Shown here: piece after piece, positions 58,704-64,000 of the stretch | How the letters are laid out: each line of letters starts with the position of its first letter | Position numbering within the stretch: position 1 is the stretch's first letter | Assembly: GCA_902618975.1 (NCBI GenBank) | Contig: CACNCN010000002.1 | Span: forward strand, 5,325 to 69,324 | Reading direction: 5' to 3' | Length of the DNA stretch: 64,000 nucleotides | Origin: an uncultured Pelagibacteraceae bacterium | GTDB lineage: Bacteria; Pseudomonadota; Alphaproteobacteria; Pelagibacterales; Pelagibacteraceae | Notes under the pieces: model-generated | What the model was told of the DNA's origin: nothing | The model's database searches: none | The model's input: only the letters and a program-made list of their open reading frames with translations | Made by a program: the position numbers and the translations under genes

Positions 58704-60047
58704 ATGAGTTCAGAAAAAAATCCAATACCAAATTCTTTAAATGAACATTGGATGCCTTTTACCTCTAATAAAGATTTCAAAGAAAGACCAAGATTAATTA
58801 CAAGTGCAAAAGGAGTGTATTTGAAAAATCATGAGGGGCAGACTCAAATAGATGCAAGCTCTGGTTTGTTTTGTAATCCTCTTGGACATGGCAGAAAAGA
58901 GATTATAGATGCAATTACCAATCAATTAAAAACATTGGATTATGCTCAACCTTTCCAACAAGGTTTTGGTGGTTCATTTGAATTGGCTACAAAAATTTCA
59001 CAGCATACACCTGGAAATTTAAATAGAATTTTTTATACGATTTGTGGATCTACAGCAGTAGAAACAGCAATTAAAATAAGTATTGCATACCATAAAGCCA
59101 GAGGAGAAGGACAAAGGTTTAGGTTTGTAGGAAGAGAAAGAGCGTATCATGGCATGAACATTGGAGCCACATCAGTTGGTGGAATGATTAACAATGTAAA
59201 AGCTTACGCGAGTGTTTTAATGCCAGGTGTAGTTCATATGAGGCACACTCATTTAGATGAACATAAATTCGTCTCTGGTCAACCTGAAACTGGAGTAGAA
59301 ATTGCTAATGATCTAGAAAGAATATGCACAAATTTTGGAGCTGAAAATATTGCTGCATGTATTGTTGAGCCGATTGCAGGGTCAACAGGAACATTAGTCC
59401 CGCCAGTTGGATACTTGCAAAGGTTAAGAGAGCTCTGTGACAAGCATAATATTTTACTAATTTTCGATGAGGTGATAACCGGCTGGGGAAGAACAGGGTC
59501 CGCTTTCGGCGCTCAAGAATTTGGAGTTACACCAGATATAATGACAATGGCTAAGGCCACTACAAATGGAATTGTTCCTTTTGGAGTAGTTGCATGCAAA
59601 GAAGAAATATATGATGCTGTTATGGATAATTCTCCAAAAGGAGTTATAGAACTTTTCCATGGTTATACTTATTCTGGAATCCCGATATCTGTTGCTGCCG
59701 CATTAGCAGTTCAAGATATTTTTGAAAAAGAAGATATATTTAATAGAGCAAAAGAACTAAGCCCTTATTTTCAAGAAGGATTATTCTCATTAAAAGACAT
59801 CGATGTTGTTGAAAACATTAGAGGATATGGAATGATGGGGGGAATAGATATTAAAATGGATGGTAGACCAGGTAAGGCAGGACTTGCAACATTTAAACAT
59901 TGTTATGAAGCTGGAGTAAATTTCAAAGCAACGGGTGATGCACTAATTATTGCTCCAATGTTTATTTGTGAGAAAAAGCACATTGATGAAATTATTGATA
60001 AATTAAGAACAGGTATTACTAGTTATAGCAAAAGCAAAAAAAATTAA
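58704..60047 (+). CDS. Class III omega-amino acid (taurine/beta-alanine):pyruvate aminotransferase
   Basis: HWMPFT, GSTAVE, YHG, EPIAGSTG, FDEVITG.GR, PD..TMAK, HGYTYSG. Confidence 0.88.
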   Translation: MSSEKNPIPNSLNEHWMPFTSNKDFKERPRLITSAKGVYLKNHEGQTQIDASSGLFCNPLGHGRKEIIDAITNQLKTLDYAQPFQQGFGGSFELATKISQHTPGNLNRIFYTICGSTAVETAIKISIAYHKARGEGQRFRFVGRERAYHGMNIGATSVGGMINNVKAYASVLMPGVVHMRHTHLDEHKFVSGQPETGVEIANDLERICTNFGAENIAACIVEPIAGSTGTLVPPVGYLQRLRELCDKHNILLIFDEVITGWGRTGSAFGAQEFGVTPDIMTMAKATTNGIVPFGVVACKEEIYDAVMDNSPKGVIELFHGYTYSGIPISVAAALAVQDIFEKEDIFNRAKELSPYFQEGLFSLKDIDVVENIRGYGMMGGIDIKMDGRPGKAGLATFKHCYEAGVNFKATGDALIIAPMFICEKKHIDEIIDKLRTGITSYSKSKKN

Positions 60048-60055
60048 TTTTCAAT

Positions 60056-61171
60056 ATGAAAATTGGTGTCCCTAAAGAAATAAAACCTCAAGAAACCCGA
60101 ATAGGATTAACACCTGATAGTGTTAAAGATTTAGTGTCGAATGGTCATGAGGTATTAATAGAAACAAATGGGGGGACTGAAGCAGGATTTGATAATTCGC
60201 ATTATAGCTCTGCAGGTGCAAAAATAATCGATAAAGCTGAAGATATTTTTCAAGATTCGGAAATTATTGTTAAAGTTAAAGAGCCTCTTTCAAGTGAGAT
60301 ACAAATGATAAGAGAAAACCAAATTGTTTTCACTTATCTTCACCTGGCTGCTGCGAAAGAATTAACTCAAGGATTAATTAATTCTAAAGGTGTCTGTATA
60401 GCATATGAAACAGTTACAGATCAAAATGGAAGATTACCTCTATTAGCACCAATGAGTGCTGTTGCAGGAAGAATGTCAGTTCAAGCAGGTGCACATTGTT
60501 TAGAAAAAAATCAAAAAGGCAGAGGAGTATTATTGGGAGGAGCACCTGGTGTAGAGGGTGGTACAGTTGTAATTTTAGGTGGAGGTGTTGTAGGAGAAAA
60601 TGCTGCTGATATCGCAACCGGAATGCAAGCAAAAGTTCATATTGTAGACAAATCTGAAAAAAGACTTGGAGAACTCATTAAGAAATTTGGTGATAAAATA
60701 ATCCCTCAACAAGCTGATAATATTGATTTAAAAAAACTAATCTCTGAGGCCGATCTTTTAGTTGGAGGTGTTTTAATACCTGGAGCGGAAGCTCCAAAAT
60801 TAGTTACCAAAGATATGTTAAAATTTATGAAAAGAGGATCTGTAATAGTTGATGTAGCTATTGATCAAGGCGGATGTGTTGAAACTAGTAAGCCAACAAC
60901 TCATGCAAATCCAACATATATAGTAGATGACATAGTTCACTATTGTGTAGCCAATATGCCAGGAGGGGTTCCTAGAACCTCAACTCTAGCTTTAAATAAA
61001 GTAACATTACCTTTTTTAAATAAATTAGCTAAAGATGGCTATCAAAAGGCTTTAAAAGATGACCCTAATTTTTTAGCAGGATTAAATATTTACAAAGGTA
61101 ATGTAACTTACAAGGCAGTAGCAGATACCTTTGGTCATAAATTCCTTTCTCCAGTAGAAGCTATAAATTAA
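60056..61171 (+). CDS. ald: Alanine dehydrogenase
   Basis: IGVPKEIK, KVKEP, YLHLA, PMSAVAGR, DVAIDQGG, YCVANMPG. Confidence 0.96.
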   Translation: MKIGVPKEIKPQETRIGLTPDSVKDLVSNGHEVLIETNGGTEAGFDNSHYSSAGAKIIDKAEDIFQDSEIIVKVKEPLSSEIQMIRENQIVFTYLHLAAAKELTQGLINSKGVCIAYETVTDQNGRLPLLAPMSAVAGRMSVQAGAHCLEKNQKGRGVLLGGAPGVEGGTVVILGGGVVGENAADIATGMQAKVHIVDKSEKRLGELIKKFGDKIIPQQADNIDLKKLISEADLLVGGVLIPGAEAPKLVTKDMLKFMKRGSVIVDVAIDQGGCVETSKPTTHANPTYIVDDIVHYCVANMPGGVPRTSTLALNKVTLPFLNKLAKDGYQKALKDDPNFLAGLNIYKGNVTYKAVADTFGHKFLSPVEAIN

Positions 61172-61174
61172 AAA

Positions 61175-63613
61175 ATGAAAATAACTCCAGGTTCAGCAAA
61201 AGTAGTTGTTATTGGTGGTGGTGTGGTGGGTTGTTCTTGCGCATATCATTTAGCTAAATTTGGTTGGAAGGATGTAATTTTGTTAGAAAGAGATAAATTA
61301 ACTTCGGGCACTACATGGCACGCAGCTGGATTAGTAAGCCAGATTGGTCCATCTGCAACAATAACTAAAATCAGAAAATACTCATTAGATTTATATAAAG
61401 AGCTTGAAAAAAGAATAGATCATTCAGCTGGCCTTCGTCTAAATGGAGCATTATCCATAGCGCAAGAAGAAGGAAGATGGCAAGAATTAAAAAGACAAGC
61501 AACTACAGCACAACTTTATAATTTTGATGTAAAAATATTAACAAAAGATCAAATTAAAGAGAAAATACCTATAATAAAAACAAATGATTTACTTGGTGGA
61601 ATTTTTATGCCAGGAGATGGTTCGGGCGACCCCTCTGGTATTACACAGTTACTTGCCAAAGCAGCAAAAGTAGAGGGTGCAAAAATTTATGAGGACTCCC
61701 CGGTCGAAGATATTATTATAAAAAATAAAAGGATCGAAGGAGTTGTCGTTAATGGAAAAAAAATTGAATGTGAATATATTGTTTTAGCGACCGGTATGTG
61801 GTCTCGGCAAATTGGAGAAAAATTAGGAGTCAGTATTCCATTATATCCAGCAGAACATTTTTATGTAATTACTGAACCAATCAAAGATATTCCAAAAAAC
61901 TTACCAGTGATTAGAGACTTTGATAGTAGAACATATTTTAAGGAAGATGCAGGAAAACTGCTTTTAGGAATATTTGAGGGAAAATCTATACCTGCATTTG
62001 ATAAAACAAACAGAGTGCCAGAAGATTTCTCTTTTGGAGAATTTCCTGAAAATCTCGAGCACTTTGAACCGTATTTAAATGCATGCATGAAAAGATTTCC
62101 TATTTTAGAACAAACAGGAATCAGAAAGTTTTTTGCAGGTCCAGAGTCTTTTACCCCAGACACTAATACTCTATTGGGAGAAGTGCCAGAGGTAAAAAAT
62201 TTTTTTGTATGTTGCGGTTTAAATAGTATTGGTATAGCCAGCGCAGGCGGAGTAGGCAAAGTTACGGCTGAATGGATTATTAATGGGCATATTAACGAGG
62301 ATATTTTTAATTATGATATTAAAAGATTTCAAAAATTTCACTCAGAAATCAAATTTATAAAAGAAAGAATAACAGAGACGCTAGGAGATTTATATGGAAT
62401 GCACTGGCCATTTAAACAACATAAAACGTCAAGAAATGTAAAAAAATTACCTTATCATGAATTATTAAAAGATAGTGGTGCTTGCTTTGGTGTTTCGGGT
62501 GGATATGAAAGACCTATGTGGTTTTCTATAAACGGATCAAAGCCTGAATACAAATATAGTTACAATTATCAAAATTGGTATCCATCAGCAGAATTTGAGA
62601 CAAAAAATTGCAAGGAGAATGTAGGGATATTTGACTTATCTCCATTTTCAAAATTTGAAATAAAAGGTGAAAGTGCTCATGCAGAACTTCAAAAAGTTTT
62701 TACAGCAAATATAAAGAATGAAAAAGGCAAATGTACATATACACAAATGCTAAATCCCGACGCTGGAATTGAAGGTGATGTTACTGTTGTATGTATCGAT
62801 AGTAATTATTTTAGAATTATAAGTGCGGCCGAAACAAGAGTAAGAGATAAATTTCATATTAGTAAATATTTAAACAACAGTAAATTACGCGATGTTACTG
62901 ATGAATATTGTGTTATGGGAGTTTTTGGTCCTAAAAGTAGAATGTTAATGCAAGTTATCAGTAAAGACAATTTTTCAAATGAAAGCTTTAAGTTTTCGAC
63001 TGGTAAATATATTAAAATTAAAAATATTTTAGTTTGGGCTCAAAGAATTTCTTATGTTGGAGAATTAGGGTATGAATTATATGTAAAATTCAATGATGCT
63101 AAAGAAATTTACCAAACGATTATTAAAGAGGGTAAAAAATTTAATATCTCCAATTGCGGCACTCATTCAATGGATATTTTAAGGATGGAAAATGGATTTT
63201 TGCACTGGGGACACGATATGTCTCCTGAAGAAAATCCATACGAAATTGGTTTAGATTTTACAATTAGTTATAAAAAAAATACAAATTTTATAGGAAAACA
63301 ATCATTATTAAAAATTAAGGATAAGAAATTAGATAAAAGACTTTTAATGTTTGAATTAAAAGATAGCGAGCCAGGCAAACCGCTACTTTTGCATGATGAA
63401 CCCATTTATCTAAATAATAAAATTATAGGAAGAACAACTTCAGGAAATTATTCTTTCAATTACAATAAAAATATCAGTTATGGGTTTGTAAATTCCGGAA
63501 ATACCGTTTCTTCACTAGAAAATAAAGAGATTTTTATAGAAGTTGAAAAAAAAAAGTACTTAGCGAGAGTACTTCCAAAAAAATTAAGCAATAACAATTA
63601 TAAAAAAATATAG
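61175..63613 (+). CDS. Dimethylglycine/sarcosine dehydrogenase-like GcvT-family flavoprotein
   Basis: GGGVVG, TSGTTWHAAG, GPESFTPD, ERP.WF, SYVGELGYE, LRMENG. Confidence 0.9.
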   Translation: MKITPGSAKVVVIGGGVVGCSCAYHLAKFGWKDVILLERDKLTSGTTWHAAGLVSQIGPSATITKIRKYSLDLYKELEKRIDHSAGLRLNGALSIAQEEGRWQELKRQATTAQLYNFDVKILTKDQIKEKIPIIKTNDLLGGIFMPGDGSGDPSGITQLLAKAAKVEGAKIYEDSPVEDIIIKNKRIEGVVVNGKKIECEYIVLATGMWSRQIGEKLGVSIPLYPAEHFYVITEPIKDIPKNLPVIRDFDSRTYFKEDAGKLLLGIFEGKSIPAFDKTNRVPEDFSFGEFPENLEHFEPYLNACMKRFPILEQTGIRKFFAGPESFTPDTNTLLGEVPEVKNFFVCCGLNSIGIASAGGVGKVTAEWIINGHINEDIFNYDIKRFQKFHSEIKFIKERITETLGDLYGMHWPFKQHKTSRNVKKLPYHELLKDSGACFGVSGGYERPMWFSINGSKPEYKYSYNYQNWYPSAEFETKNCKENVGIFDLSPFSKFEIKGESAHAELQKVFTANIKNEKGKCTYTQMLNPDAGIEGDVTVVCIDSNYFRIISAAETRVRDKFHISKYLNNSKLRDVTDEYCVMGVFGPKSRMLMQVISKDNFSNESFKFSTGKYIKIKNILVWAQRISYVGELGYELYVKFNDAKEIYQTIIKEGKKFNISNCGTHSMDILRMENGFLHWGHDMSPEENPYEIGLDFTISYKKNTNFIGKQSLLKIKDKKLDKRLLMFELKDSEPGKPLLLHDEPIYLNNKIIGRTTSGNYSFNYNKNISYGFVNSGNTVSSLENKEIFIEVEKKKYLARVLPKKLSNNNYKKI

Positions 63614-63615
63614 AA

Positions 63616-63632
63616 TTTATAATCATTCTAAA
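63616..63632. promoter_or_regulatory. Irr/ICE-like palindrome
   Basis: Reverse complement TTTAGAA-TGA-TTATAAA, one mismatch from TTTAGAA-N3-TTCTAAA. Confidence 0.4.
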
Positions 63633-63682
63633 TAAAAAAATATTGATTTAATCATAAATTTGATATTAAATTTGATTTATAA

Positions 63683-63886
63683 ATGTTTAATAAAGTCGAC
63701 ATAAATTCAGAAACAGATAGCAATTTAAGCACAACTCACAAAATTAATTCAAAAAAAAGAGTTGATATAAATGTTTTATTGAACAAAGTAAGAGCTGACA
63801 AAAAAAAAGAAAAACTTGAGAGCTCTATTTTTTTTGGCATAATCTCACTAACTGTAATTTTAGTTGGTGTAATTGTATCTTTGTAA
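63683..63886 (+). CDS. Small tail-anchored membrane protein
   Basis: RVDINVLLNKVR..KKKEK followed by C-terminal TM; similar to 51619-51825. Confidence 0.65.
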   Translation: MFNKVDINSETDSNLSTTHKINSKKRVDINVLLNKVRADKKKEKLESSIFFGIISLTVILVGVIVSL

Positions 63887-64000
63887 TTAGTTGTAGCTAT
63901 TTTTATATTTTTTAAATTCCTTCTCACGAAAAGAGGTTTGCTTAGACAATTCAAAATCTAAATATTTAGAAGCTGCAATGTTAAGATCAAGTTTCTTATA
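63887..64000 (-). CDS. Probable C-terminus of a gene entering from beyond the window
   Basis: Open frame YKKLDLNIAASKYLDFELSKQTSFREKEFKKYKNSYN* whose stop abuts the previous gene's stop. Confidence 0.4.
   Translation of the reverse strand, partial: YKKLDLNIAASKYLDFELSKQTSFREKEFKKYKNSYN

Noticed and set aside
5694-62259. Many 60-150-aa ORFs in the track overlapping real genes (e.g. 5694-5996, 14043-14447, 21892-22338, 57847-58260, 61861-62259)
   Set aside because: They are shadow frames, nearly all antisense, inside well-supported CDS and have no recognisable motifs
63736-63954. 72-aa minus-strand ORF in the track
   Set aside because: It overlaps the better-supported plus-strand paralog-family gene and has no motif
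1-64000. tRNA, rRNA, IS elements, defence systems
   Set aside because: No cloverleaf, rRNA-like, transposase, nuclease or toxin-antitoxin signature seen; intergenic gaps are mostly too short to hold them

Overview
AT-rich, very gene-dense alphaproteobacterial chromosome segment. Gene content and style (tiny intergenic spacers, overlapping stop/start codons, tauABC-aminotransferase-ald, proX/proW-metF-GcvT family) strongly suggest Pelagibacterales (SAR11); the taxon is an inference. About 70 CDS are present: central metabolism (acnA, fhs, purE/purK, glpK/gpsA, gshA/gshB, cysE/cysK), DNA repair (photolyase, SRAP), methylated-osmolyte/C1 catabolism and a long organosulfur-themed stretch (persulfide dioxygenase, peroxiredoxin, racemase, hpsN, pta-like, Ldh/ComC-like, sulfotransferase, tauABC). 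I saw no tRNA, rRNA, CRISPR array, integrase or transposase. The main observations outside the ORF track are: (1) an unlisted 39-aa, 12-Cys metallothionein-like gene directly upstream of cysE-cysK; (2) an unlisted 55-aa 2xCxxC protein; (3) two Fur-box-like sites in front of a 60-aa Cys-rich orphan; (4) a perfect 16-bp direct repeat beside a tandem winged-helix regulator; (5) an Irr/ICE-like box before a paralogous small tail-anchored protein; (6) an array of tiny SnoaL/alpha-beta-barrel genes with strong Shine-Dalgarno sites. Family assignments come from motif recognition by eye, not from database searches.
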